Shown piece after piece: positions 32,997 to 44,022 of a stretch of DNA of 64,000 nt; position 1 is the stretch's first letter, and each line of letters opens with the position of its first letter. The notes below the pieces were generated by a model that was given only the letters and a program-made list of their open reading frames with translations, ran no database searches and was not told the origin of the DNA. The stretch is taken from contig OZ240241.1 of assembly GCA_965198115.1 (NCBI GenBank), positions 7,456,001 to 7,520,000 on the forward strand, in the 5' to 3' direction. This DNA is from Candidatus Latescibacterota bacterium (GTDB lineage Bacteria > Latescibacterota > UBA2968). The position numbers were made by a program, and so were the translations under genes.

Positions 32997-33177
32997 CGCT
33001 CGCGAAGGCCCTCCATCATGGCCAACCCCCCAAAAGCTCCCAAAAAGTCCACAGTAGCCCGCCCTCGCTCAACACCGCCGTGATCTCGTCCGTCATCTGT
33101 CCTTCGGTCACAATCTCATCCCTTTTTCATCAAAACGTGCAGCTCTCTCCCCCAGTATTCAAAAAAAGGGAAATGCG

Positions 33178-33739
33178 ATGAGTTCGGTAGTTTGGGACAG
33201 AGACAACCTGGTCCAAAAAGTCGGAGGCAACGTCGAAGAACTGGGGCAACTGGGGCATGTGAAGTACGACCAGCACTCGAACGAGTACGTCCTTTGGCTT
33301 AAGGACACACGCGACGTGTTCCAACAAAGGATACATACGAGGCGACTCCTTCCCGTCGATGAAGGATGCCAAGCAGCACGCCACTCTCTCCAAGTCCGCT
33401 TGGCTTTTGCACTACATTGTGATGGTCGGCCTGCGCGACGACGGAAATAAAACCGGCGAATGGGCGCAACTGGAGCCAGGTACGCCGTTCCATCTATTCG
33501 AGCCCCTTCGACGACGCAGGAACGGGCGCCTACTACCGGCTGGCCTGCGGAATCGTCACGGCACGAGACGGCTTTGTCATCGACCTCGATCCGAGTGCCT
33601 GCTGGATCGCATTGAAACGTTTCTTGATAACCGACTGAGCGACACCAGAGGTCAAGAAGCGTCTCGGTCTGAAAGAGAACTAACGCCTAGCGAGTTGCTG
33701 CGGCTCGGCGCGAACTCCGCGCGGCCACGAAGCGGTTAG
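33178..33739 (+). pseudogene. Hypothetical protein, frameshifted
   Basis: ORF 33178 (RBS-like AAGGGA) appears to continue in the overlapping frame GYIRGDSFPSMKDAKQHA... Confidence 0.35.
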
Positions 33740-33977
33740 CGGATTTTCGTCACCAAGATTCTCTATCGGCCCTTCCCCTTTCCCCTCGTGCCGTAATTCC
33801 GGGGTGCCGGCATCAGCGGAGGTCATCCCTGCCCGACGCTTCCGATCTCATTTTCAATCATTAAATCCCTCGTTCCGAACCGGAATACATTCGACCGTAG
33901 AAGACGTGTGCGGAACTCGGGGACCCCAAAAGCACCATCCGCTTGCTGCAGCGCAGACTCCCAGGAACGTAGCCGGC

Positions 33978-35645
33978 TCACGGCGAGAAATGGTAAACCA
34001 CGGGCAACTGCGCAGGGTCTGTGATGGCCGAATCCGTGTGGTGGTAGATGTTGACGCGCCCGGTGCCGCAGTCACCGAAATCGTCGCAGGAGAGTACACC
34101 GATGATGCCCTGAAAGCCGGACGTCGCCGCGATTTCCTCGCGTAGCGCAGCACGGTCCACATACAACTTGCCGCCCTCCTCCACCGCAACGGAGTTGATG
34201 GCGCTGAGCAGCAGCGATGTCGCGTCGTACCCGTGCGCCCAGTAAGGAGAGCCAGGAGACTCGCCGTACGTGGATTCGAACGCGGCAAGAATCTCGTCCG
34301 CGTTCTTGCCGGTCGCAACATTGGTGCTTAAGTCACCGGACGCATCCGGCCCTGCAAAGTAGATGCCCTCCGACTGCGGTGTGCCGAGGAACTCCGACAC
34401 AAGGAGGGCCGCGTCCGTGATGAGCGTCGCGCCTTCTAGGCCGTTCACCTCCCTCACCTGCTCGGCAAATGGCGAGCCTTCCGATTCGAAGAGCGGGAAG
34501 AAGATGCCGTCTGGCTCGACTGCTGCGAATGCCGCGAGGACGTCCGTCATGTCTATGTCGCCCTTCTCAATCTGGGCGGTGCCCACGATCTCGCCGCCGA
34601 GAGCGCGGAACGCATTACCAAACGCGATGGTGAGGCCCGTGGTGTACGGGTCGCCGTCGTCGATGGACACCATGCGTTGCAGGCCCAATTCACTGTATGC
34701 GAAGTCCGCGACCGCTTGCCCCTGATAGAGGTCGTTGCTGGCAGTGCGGAAATAGCCGGGGTGGTAGTCGGGACTCGCGTTGCCGGCGAGGTCAGACGTG
34801 AGCGCAGGCGATGTGTTGGACGGCGAGATCATCACCAGACCCGCCGCGCTGAGCAGCGGTGAGGCCGCCACCGCCGAGCCAGAACACAATGTGCCGACAA
34901 CGCCCGGTACCCGCGGGTCCGCGATGACTTTCGCGGCGCTTGTGCGTCCGCCCTCCGGCGAACACATGGCGTCTATTGACTCGCCGAGTTCGATCTCGTG
35001 ACCGTGGATGCTGCCGAAGTCTCGGATAGCTAACTCGATGCTGTATCGCAACGATGTAGCAATCGACGGCACACCGGTGTGTGCGAGCAACGAACGGATC
35101 TGCACGGCCTCGCCCTCGCCAACCTCGACTGCGCCGAGCGGCCCAGCCTCAAAGCTGCCGACCGGAATCGCTTCCGGCGCCCCGAACAGAAGCGATGAAC
35201 CCGTCACGCGCGCCTTCCCTCCAACGGCCAGATCGAGCAGCACCTCATACCCGCCGTTGATCGGGATGCTCGACCACCTCCCCAGCAGGTTTCCGTCCTG
35301 CCACGCACGTGCCTGGTAGTAACCGGTCGCATTTTCACCAAGCGCCACCCGCGCCCGGCCCGCCTCATCCGTCGTGTCCGACCACGCATACTGGGCCGAC
35401 CGCCCGGAGATAGATCGCGAGAACTCCACAGCCGCACCGGGCACAGGCATCCCATCTTCGCGCACCGTCACCACCACCACGGCCTGCGTCACGCCCCTGT
35501 CGACAGCCGCCTTGCTCAAGGACCGCCTAACCTGCTCGCCAGCCCCCTGACCCCCCTCTGACACCGTCACACGCTCGCTGCCACAACTCCATAACACCCC
35601 GCCGGCAAGCACCACCACAATCACACGACGAAAACTTCTCGACAT
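33978..35645 (-). CDS. Branched-chain amino acid ABC transporter substrate-binding lipoprotein with an extra N-terminal beta domain
   Basis: ATG 35645 with AAGGAGG; lipobox LWSC; VVGTLCSGS, MISPSNTSPALT, YFRTASNDLYQG, HGYDA. Confidence 0.88.
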   Translation of the reverse strand: MSRSFRRVIVVVLAGGVLWSCGSERVTVSEGGQGAGEQVRRSLSKAAVDRGVTQAVVVVTVREDGMPVPGAAVEFSRSISGRSAQYAWSDTTDEAGRARVALGENATGYYQARAWQDGNLLGRWSSIPINGGYEVLLDLAVGGKARVTGSSLLFGAPEAIPVGSFEAGPLGAVEVGEGEAVQIRSLLAHTGVPSIATSLRYSIELAIRDFGSIHGHEIELGESIDAMCSPEGGRTSAAKVIADPRVPGVVGTLCSGSAVAASPLLSAAGLVMISPSNTSPALTSDLAGNASPDYHPGYFRTASNDLYQGQAVADFAYSELGLQRMVSIDDGDPYTTGLTIAFGNAFRALGGEIVGTAQIEKGDIDMTDVLAAFAAVEPDGIFFPLFESEGSPFAEQVREVNGLEGATLITDAALLVSEFLGTPQSEGIYFAGPDASGDLSTNVATGKNADEILAAFESTYGESPGSPYWAHGYDATSLLLSAINSVAVEEGGKLYVDRAALREEIAATSGFQGIIGVLSCDDFGDCGTGRVNIYHHTDSAITDPAQLPVVYHFSP

Positions 35646-36059
35646 AACGACCTCCTTACGTTTCCCGAGGACCTGCGGCTCGGTGGCCCCCAAGGGGAGC
35701 CTTTGACGACCTGACAGAGCGTGCACCTGTAGCGCCGAACCAGCTACCTCCACCCGTCAGTCACCTGGATCGACAGCCTCGGATCGCCCAAGCCTCGGCA
35801 TCAAGGGTAGGTCCACAGGCTCAACCCGCCTTGGCAATTTTATGGCCCGCCACAGAAACGGACAAGCCATATGTCGCTTGACCGTTCTGCAAGACCGAGA
35901 CGCCCGCTAACAGCCTGGTTCTGTGCAGCCCTACCTGTCCCGGCCGATCACCAGCTCACCACGCTTGAGCTTCAATCCGCCGGCGTCGTCCTTCCACCTC
36001 GCATGCGTCACGAGGTAGTTGACAACAGGGCACAAAAAAAGAGAGGAGGGCCAAAAAAA

Positions 36060-37479
36060 GGCTATATCCGGATCTCTCAACGAGATGAAGTGGGTGAAGG
36101 TGCCGTGGTTCCTGGCATGGGGGCGCGGTTAGCGTGTGCGGAACCTCTTCGGAATCTGCTCAGGGATGTTTATGTCTCCGACGGTAAGGAAGATCATATC
36201 GTTGAATGCGTCGAGTGTGCGGAATCCGCTGGCTCGGTTCTTGACGATTTGGACGATTCGGTTGAGGCCTTCGGCGATGGCGTTGGTAAGACGCGTGTTC
36301 ACGAATGCGAGGACGCCGAAGAAGTGCTGTCGCAGGGTCCTGACGAACTTTCGCAGGGGTTCAAGTCGACTTCTGAGTGCGGACGTCGTCCAGCATTTCA
36401 GGAAGCGTTCGGCAGCCCAGGGCGCTTTGTATTCCCAGAACTGCTCGAACTCGTCCTTGAGTCTCCAGGCTCTATAGATTCGGTAGTTCGCCTTCTCCAG
36501 TGCTTCGAGTGTCCGAGTATCCCCTCCGGAGCGTGTCGCTGAGTGCCGGTAGAGGAGCCATCGGAGGCCCTTCATGGCTTTGCGCTCATCCGGGGCAGCT
36601 TTACGCCACTGGTCCTTACGGACCTCGTCAACGGCGGCATTGAGAGCCTTGACGATGTGAAAGCGATCGAGGACTAGCTTGGCATTCGGACAGTGTTCCT
36701 GGATGGCTCCGATGTAAGCTTCGCTCATGTCGCAGCAGGCCCACCCGATCTTGGATCTCCGGTAGGGACTGAGAGCCTCTGTGAAGAACCGATCGATCGT
36801 TTTACGCGCCCTGCCGCGGCCAACCCACACCACGCAGGAGCGGTCCAGATCGTAAACGAGCGTGGCGTACCTGTGACGCTTGGCGTAGGAGATCTCGTCG
36901 ATCCCGATGGTTTTGAGCCCTCGGATACGATGACCTTCACGAAGCCGCGTGATGGATCGGTGACGGAGATCCGACAGCGTCGAGGCAGAGATGCGCAGTA
37001 ACTCGGACGCCGCCTTCTGCGTCATGGTCTGGCAGTAGCGCAGCATGGCATACTCGAAGCGATACGTCACCCGAGAGAACCGCTCCGCCCACGGAATCTC
37101 CTCGACCACACGACCGTGGGTAGGACACCGAATCTCCCGAGGATGGTAGAGAAGCCAGACCCTCCACCCGCACACCGGAATGTCACGCCACCGACGCGGA
37201 TGGGGCATTGTGCGGACGATTTTACCTCGACGGCCGCACTCCGGACAACAACAACCATTCTTATGTGGCTTTACGGCGATGACGAAACAGCTTCTCCCCT
37301 CAAACCACCAGCTGACAACACGGAACCCCTTGAATCTCAGCAGTTTCGATAGTAATCTGCTCCCGGTCATAGGTCGCACCCCCTTCGCTTTGATTGTCCT
37401 ACACACACAACCAAGCGTAGGGAACGATCTATGACCTTGTCATTCTATAGTTTCACCGTTGAGAAACCCGGATAGAGCC
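36060..37479 (-). mobile_element. ISL3-family element, copy 1 (transposase 36129-37406)
   Basis: IRs GGCTATATCCGGAT and GGCTCTATCCGGGT; 8-bp TSD CAAAAAAA; CPECG zinc finger, IGIDE, CDMS, DRFH, TNAIAEGLN. Confidence 0.95.
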
Positions 37480-38128
37480 CAAAAAAAGGCGGAGGGGGAC
37501 CCGGAGAAGACACCCTCCACCTAAATACGAACGATGTCAGAAATCCGCGCGTTGGCTGTCAGGCGTGCTGACCTGATTTGTGCTTGGTAGCACGTTTCGG
37601 AATGTCCTTCAACGGCTCCGGGAGGTTCGCTCCCCGAACAATGAAGGGGGCAGTCCTGGTCGGCTATAGTTCGCCTGATCGGAAACGTGGGACACTAGGG
37701 GGTGTCCCACCTAATCGACATGAAATGAAATCTGCAGATCGACCTTCTCGAGCGCCAGATCAACGCGATGTGGAGCACCGGGGAGAGCAGCGTCAAGGCT
37801 CGGCTGCGGCCGTGAACCGGAAGTCCCCCGAGGATCGTCTCCCGATTCCAGCCCTCCTGGTCCATGTCGGACGCCCAAAGACGCTTCGATGAGACGGATG
37901 TACGACTCGACCTGCCCCCGGAGCCTCGCCGGTTACCGTGACATCGCTGCCGGAAACACTCGAACGGTCCGACGTACGGCAAGCGGCGGGCTCAGACGTT
38001 GCGTGCTACTCCACATACACACGAAGCCGGGGCTATGTGCGTCACCTGGCCTGGTGAACAAGTGTTCGAAGGGGACGCGACAGAGAGCTCCGTTGCCGTA
38101 GGTCACATCCTGCCAGATTCCCTCCAGG

Positions 38129-39915
38129 TCAAAAAGAGTCGATGCGCCAGGTATCGGTCCCCGGAATCCGGCTGGCACTGAAGTTGTTGATCGTGATTCC
38201 CGTCCCCGCCGTGATAAAACCAAGCCGACCTTGGCCGGTGGACAGAACCTCGAAACGATCGGAGCCGACGGTGCACGACTCCCCCGGGCTCAGCACCTGT
38301 CCCACCTCGCACGCACCGGCGGACGTAGTTGCGGCAGCTACCGTGATCCCGAAGCGGATAATGAATCTGTCGCCGTCAGCATCGGTTACTGTGTAGGCGT
38401 ATTCGGCGCGCGGTTGAGGAGCCGTTGGCGTACCGCTGATCGTGCGAGTGGTCGGGCTAAATGTCAGCCCGCCCGGGAGCGCCGGCGTGACGCTGTAGGT
38501 CAGCGGCGGGTTTCCCCCGGACGCGGCCGGAAGGGTTACGTTCACTGCCTCGCCGACGGTGAACTGTTCGCCGGGGTTGGTCGTCAGCGAATGGCCCGCC
38601 GTGAAAGAGGGCGAGACATCGTCAGGTCCTACGACACCGTTGGACCCGAAGGCTCCTGCGAACATAATGAAATCAGTGAAGCCGATATCACCGCTTCCGT
38701 CGAGGTCGAAGCGGGCTTCGAATCTCCCGTCGCCCTCCCTCGCACCGAATACGAGGGCGAATTGTAAGAAGTCCGAAAAGCCGACCGTTCCGTCTCCGTT
38801 GAAGTCAGGCGTGAGCGGAGCCGGACCTGCGCCTCCGACCGTCGTTTCGAAGATCCGCAGGCTGTAGTCACCCGCATTGGAGAACGAGGATACATTGATG
38901 AGGTACGTGTCCGCTTCGAGGACCCCTCAGAATCCGGCTGTTCAAGCCTTCGTCATCGTCAAAGGCGACAAAGGTGAAGGAGCTGGCCTGTTGCGGGTCG
39001 TCAGTTGCGTGCAGCTCGAGTATGGGATCGAAGTTCTCGGAGGCCAGATCGAATCGAGACGGTCGTGGACTGGTCGAGCGTGAAGACGTAGTAATCGACG
39101 GCGCCACTCGCTGAGAGCGATCCGGTCACCGTAACGCCCAAGGATATCGGGTTGACCACAGTGGGTATTGCCTCGACCTGAAGGGTGTAGACGCCGCCGC
39201 TCCCGGAGGCGGATAATACACTGATCAGGTAACGGCGGTCAGGTTCAGGCTAATCTGAGAATTCAGCCCCAAGCCGTGGTCGTCGTTGGACGCCAGCAAA
39301 TTCGTGGGGCCGGCTTCGTCGGGGTTGCCCGTGTCGAAGAGACCGAGGAAGGTGTCGAAATCGTCGGACGTGAGGTCGGTGATCAGGGTGGCGTCCGTTG
39401 TGACCGTCAGTGTGTAGAAGTCTACTCCCCCGCTGGAGAGGACGCCCGTCACAGTCTGCCCGGGGACGATTACCTCGGCAGGCTCCCCACCGGCCGCCCC
39501 TTCTGACACCATCAGTTCGTAGGCGCCCGACCCGCTCAAAAAGGCAGATGCACCGATCAGGTAGGTACCGGGGGCCAGGGTAAAAGTAATCTGAGAATCC
39601 AACGACAGACGGTGGTCGTCGTTGGAAGCCAGCAAGTTCGCCGGGCCGACTTCGGCGGGGTTGTCCGTATCGTAGAGATCGAGGAGGGTGTCAAACTCAC
39701 CCGAGGTGAGGTCGATGACCAGTGTGGCGTCGGTGGCTACCGTCAGTGCGTAGAAATCTACTCCCCCGCTGGAAAGGATGCCCGTCGCAGTCTGCCCGGG
39801 AACGATCGAACCCACCACCTCTCCAATGGCAGCGGTCAAGACGGCCGTTTCACTCACCTGAAGGGTGAAAGGTCCCGAGCCAAAGAAGGCCGATACGGCG
39901 ATCAGATAGGTCTCT
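38129..39915 (-). pseudogene. Secreted/surface protein remnant: PPC-like repeats, dockerin/EF-hand pair, Ig-like (He_PIG) domain; 5'-truncated and frameshifted
   Basis: Repeated DFY.LTV...DLTS..FDT.L.L...ASNDD...SQI units; PDFNGDGTVGFSDFLQF...FDLDGSGDIGFTDF; LPAASGGNPPLTYSVTPALPGGLTF. Confidence 0.75.
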
Positions 39916-40138
39916 CGACGCGAGTGTGCCGCAAATGGCCCGCCGGGCAGCCCACGCATATTTTGACGTGACTTCGGGGTCTGCGTCGATTTCTCTTGGT
40001 TCGGCCCCCGTGATCCTCCTGAGCACGCGGCCACTGAAACGGCTCGACCGTACGACCCTGTGCTTTCCCTTTGGCGAGCACGCCAGGCGAGCGAGCTGTC
40101 CGTCGGGCTTCGTCCTTCTCCAAGGGAGTGTTTATGTT

Positions 40139-40825
40139 ATGAATTCGGTAGAAATTCTCGGCTTGTTTGCGTGGCTCGAAGAGAACGACCAGTCGTTGGA
40201 TCTCGGTCTTATTCGAGACGTTCTTCAGCAAAATCAAGAACCTGTTGACTCCAGTCATCAAAAAGCAATCAGAGATTACACGGCCAGGAGTGTGGGGATA
40301 CGAACTACTCTCGACCCGGATGATGACAGGAACACCTTGAATCTGATCTGGGGGACGAAGCTCGTCGACGACGAAGATCTCGATGATTACTTCACTCGCC
40401 GAACTCTGGCGGATATTCCTTGCTTTGTTCAAAGGGTCAGGAAGCTTGCGACGATCGAGAGGATCGACGTCCCGCCCAGCGAACGAATTGCGAAATACTT
40501 TAGTCAAGCGAGCGGTTGCTTTATTCACGGATTTCACGCCGCAGTCGTGGTCCTGTCGAGAGCAGTTCTGGAGTTTGGCCTTGAGGAAAGGCTGGCACAA
40601 AAGGACCTTCTGGGGAGCACGAAGCGAGACGAGGGCTATCTGAAAGACCTGATCAACTGGTCCGGTAATTGTGGGATCCTGCCGCGAAATCTTGTGGCTC
40701 CAGCACATGAAGTCAGGAAAAGAGGAAACGGTGCCATACACGGAGCTGCCTCTACAGAGAAGGAGGCAGAAGAAACCATCGGGCTGACCGTCAAGATTCT
40801 CACAGCACTATACGCTGAGGCATAG
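40139..40825 (+). CDS. DUF4145 (HEPN-like) domain protein
   Basis: YFSQASGCF..G...AAVVVLSRAVLE...L..LI...HEVRKRGNGAIH; ATG 40139 after AAGGGAG. Confidence 0.75.
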   Translation: MNSVEILGLFAWLEENDQSLDLGLIRDVLQQNQEPVDSSHQKAIRDYTARSVGIRTTLDPDDDRNTLNLIWGTKLVDDEDLDDYFTRRTLADIPCFVQRVRKLATIERIDVPPSERIAKYFSQASGCFIHGFHAAVVVLSRAVLEFGLEERLAQKDLLGSTKRDEGYLKDLINWSGNCGILPRNLVAPAHEVRKRGNGAIHGAASTEKEAEETIGLTVKILTALYAEA

Positions 40826-40869
40826 CGGCTGGACTAATGCCGAATTTGAACGCTGGACAAGTCAGACAC

Positions 40870-41338
40870 GTTCGGCGGCGTCGGCCCGGCGGCCCCTTGC
40901 GGGCAAGCAGTCGTTGGCTGGCCGAATCGTGACCGGTCTCGAATACCGTCTTGGCGCACGGTGGGACGGCAAGCTAGGCATTGCCCCGGACCTTCGTCCG
41001 GACAGCGGCAAGACCGGACCCGGCCCGGTGGTCTTCGTCGGCTGGCGCGAGGTCCTGAACTTGGTGGGCAATTGGTGGGACCCGAACGACCCGACGGCGG
41101 ACGATGCCGCGCGGAAGCGGTTCGACCGGGCGGTCGAAACCCTGAAGGGGTACTTCGTTTCCCCGGCGCCGGGCCATGAGGCGGCCGCGGGCGATACGGT
41201 CGAGATTGTGGCGCGTGTCCGTGGCAGTCGAGCCCATCGGGCCGGACTCCAGGTTCGGGCGTCGGCCCGGTTCGTCGAGGCGGCCTGGCTGGCCATCAGA
41301 AAGATGGGCAAGGATTCGGCCCCGTGGCGCTGACCGAC
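40870..41338 (+). pseudogene. C-terminal fragment of a hypothetical mobile-element gene, present in partial copies elsewhere in the window
   Basis: Protein-like frame GLEYRLGARWDG...DDAARKRFDRAVETL...RASARFVEAA; repeats at 21488-21628 and 42698-42727. Confidence 0.5.
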
Positions 41339-41419
41339 TACACGGGGAAGCCCAAGACGAGTTCACGCGATTAAACGTTCCCCCACCTCTCTAAGATTTT
41401 GGCCTGCCTCCCTTTCGCA

Positions 41420-41562
41420 TCATGGCGCGGGTGGGACTCCCATACCCCCTCCTTGACCGCCTTCGGTGCGAACAGTGCGACACGCTTGCCTTCGTGAAGG
41501 ATGAGCTGCTCGATCAGCATCAAACCGACGAAGGTCTTGCCGAGACCCACGCCGTCGCAGAG
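41420..41562 (-). pseudogene. SNF2-like helicase fragment (Walker A region)
   Basis: LCDGVGLGKTFVGLMLIEQL..HEGKRVALFAPKAV. Confidence 0.6.
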
Positions 41563-42093
41563 GGAATCCAGGATTTCGCGGCCGGGGCGATCGAGGATAA
41601 GAAAAGACAACGGTCTGAGGATGCGCCCGCCGACGCTGCGCCTACGCCCGCCACCGAGGATGCGCCCACCACCGCAGAGGGGGAAACCGATGAAGGAACA
41701 CGCCAAGAAGGAGGACCTGGACAGCTTCGGGTTGATGGCGATCGATCACTGGAAGGAGTATCTGCCACGGAAGTTCAAGGCCCTGAAGGAGGCGGGGACA
41801 CTGATTCAGAGCGCCTACGAGGCCCAGGAGAGGACGAAGGATCTGGGGGTGCATCTGCACGAGCAGGGGATGCGGATGCACAACGGGATTCGGATGCACG
41901 AGGCCAAGGAACTGGCTCTGGCCGAGTGGATATTGCTCCCGGCCGAGGAGTAAAGGGCGAGAACTTCACGGCTCCTTCCGGCTTTGAGGCCGAGATCGAA
42001 AAGGGCGGTCAGAAAACCAAGTATCGCAAGAACGTGGCCGCCATTTCACTCCTGAAGGTGCTGGAAGCTGAAAATCGCGTAGCTACTCTTTAG
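41563..42093 (+). pseudogene. Fragment of a DarB-like methylase/helicase polyvalent protein (linker and start of the methylase module)
   Basis: Low-complexity linker followed by GGQKTKYRKNVAAISLLKVLEAENRVAT. Confidence 0.6.
41690..41953 (+). CDS. Small TnpV-like protein nested in an alternative frame of the DarB-like fragment
   Basis: RBS GAGGGGG, ATG 41690; FGLMAIDHWKEYLPRKFKALKEAGTL...AQERT...AKELALAEWILLP. Confidence 0.55.
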   Translation: MKEHAKKEDLDSFGLMAIDHWKEYLPRKFKALKEAGTLIQSAYEAQERTKDLGVHLHEQGMRMHNGIRMHEAKELALAEWILLPAEE

Positions 42094-42829
42094 GCGTTAG
42101 CAGGAAGGCGGGGCGATGTTTCATCGGAGCGTTACGCCATGCAGGTTGTCCGGTGCGCGTGACTGTCCGCCAGTCGCTTTGCCGCCGTATGCAGTGGGGT
42201 GAGGCCGTCTTTGGCCATCGTTCCTTCCCGCCAGTTCGGATTGCCCGAGGTCTTGGGGGGGTCCGGCAAGATCGATCCCCCTCTTGAGTAGGTTTCTCGG
42301 CACGGGCTTCTCAAGCAGATCGGGGTACTCGCCGAGCACTTTCTGTAGCCAGCCTCGAGCGCTCTCCACCATCCCCTCAACGTCAGCCGCCGTCTCATCT
42401 TTCCATGTCCCGGCTCTACGACCGGACTCCTGTCCGAGAGGCATCGTGTCCGGTGCCCCCCGACTCCACAGAGGCGCGTTGACGGCTTGCCGGCCCCCCC
42501 CCAAGCCGATCGGCGCTCCTGAGCGCCCTCAAGACCCTTCCCGGAGGGCCAGGGATGGCCACAGCACGATCACGGGCCAATAGATGCCCACGCGCGAACC
42601 GAAGACGGCAATCACCCCGCGGGCCAGCATCCAGTCTTTAGCGCTCCGGGTCAACTGATCGATCAGGCAGCACTGCTACCCCCAGAAAAGGCGGGCGAGG
42701 ATTCGGCCCCGTGGCGCTGACCGACTGCTCCGGCCCAGAGAGCGCGAGAGAACTTCACTGCTTTGAGGGTGTCGAGGATGTCCGCGTTTGACCAAAGAAT
42801 GTTGAGTCGAGCAGGTGATGACGCGCGGT

Positions 42830-42863
42830 AGGCCCCCCGGTCGAAACCGCGACCGGGGGGCCT
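42830..42863. terminator. Strong GC-rich hairpin
   Basis: AGGCCCCCCGGTCG / CGACCGGGGGGCCT 14-bp perfect stem with a 6-nt loop. Confidence 0.45.
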
Positions 42864-44022
42864 GAAAAGCTTTTTGAATGTGGTGTCAGGAGGTAGGGAT
42901 GTTTTCGGAATTCGAGGTGGCCAAGGATCAGCCCGTTTGGAATGATTGGAACCATTTTATAGAGTGACGCCGCATTCTTTGGCCATTCTTTTCGTGTCCT
43001 GGGATGCCCGCAACTTCAAGCCTGCCACACAGATGCGTCGCACTCGATGTGTTTGTCGGTGAGCGTCATAGAGGCGTTCCAGAGCGTTCCAAATTCCGGG
43101 CTTTTCCGATGCCCGAATATAGGGCCTTTGCCACCAGGGGAGAAGGAAACAGCCCCCTTTAGCCCCCTTGGAATCAATTTAATGGGGAATCGAAATTACC
43201 GGACGACGATCGATGCCCGAAAGGCGCTACGGGACTGCGTTTTTCTGCTTTTTGACGCTGGACGGGATCTAGATCGTCCCTCAAAGAGTCGCGTTCCAAC
43301 CCGATGCCCGAAAGACAGGACTTTTGCCAGACGGGGACAGGGAAACAGCCCTTTGAACCGATTAATGGCCGGCCGAAATTAGAAAACTACCAGAGGATCT
43401 ACATTGTGGGAGTTACGAGAGGCGGCTTGCCGGACCCACCAGCCCACCCAACCGGCCTACGAAATCCCCGCCCTCTATCGCATTGTCGTCCACCTTATCT
43501 CTCTTGAGCGACCGCTAGGAGGTCTAGGCGACTGAGTAGTCCCACCGTGATCGTCGCTTGGAGTCCCAGAACACGAAGGCGCTTAGCAGCTCCTGGGCAG
43601 GTTCAGAATGCAGTAAAGTCTTTGTACGCAATCCGCCTCAGCCTTCGACCCGCAGGGCACAAAGTAGCATGTGTCGTCCAGAGCACTGTCCTTGAGCCAC
43701 AGGAGGATGCCAACCTGGATGACCAGATGACGCTGCATGGTTTCTGAGCGATGCGCGCATACGATTCGGGACGAGGAGTTGGCCGGCTTCATCGAGCACC
43801 AATTGACCCAAGCGGTCCAGCGAGTCCGAGGCCGGCCCGCGACCACTCCGTTCGTCTCCGTCCTTCCGCTTCGCCGCCGCATCCCGTGTTGCCGTGGCCT
43901 TGCTCACGGCGTCGCCACCGTTGAGCGCCAGCAACTCGCGGCGGCCACCGCGGCACCGAGGCGTCAACGCACCGGCACCACGTCGGGAACCGGGCGAGCG
44001 GTCCATCCGCGATGCGGCTAAA

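Noticed and set aside
35650-35830. Riboswitch upstream of the amino-acid binding protein
   Set aside because: Only a partial CTCTGTCAGG resemblance to the glycine aptamer; the conserved core and stems could not be built.
38870-39800. Imperfect direct repeats as a diversity-generating retroelement TR/VR pair
   Set aside because: They are tandem PPC-like protein domains, the differences are not adenine-specific, and there is no reverse transcriptase.
42150-42225. Ankyrin repeat (KDGLTPLHTAA) on the minus strand
   Set aside because: A single short motif with no supporting frame; too little to call.
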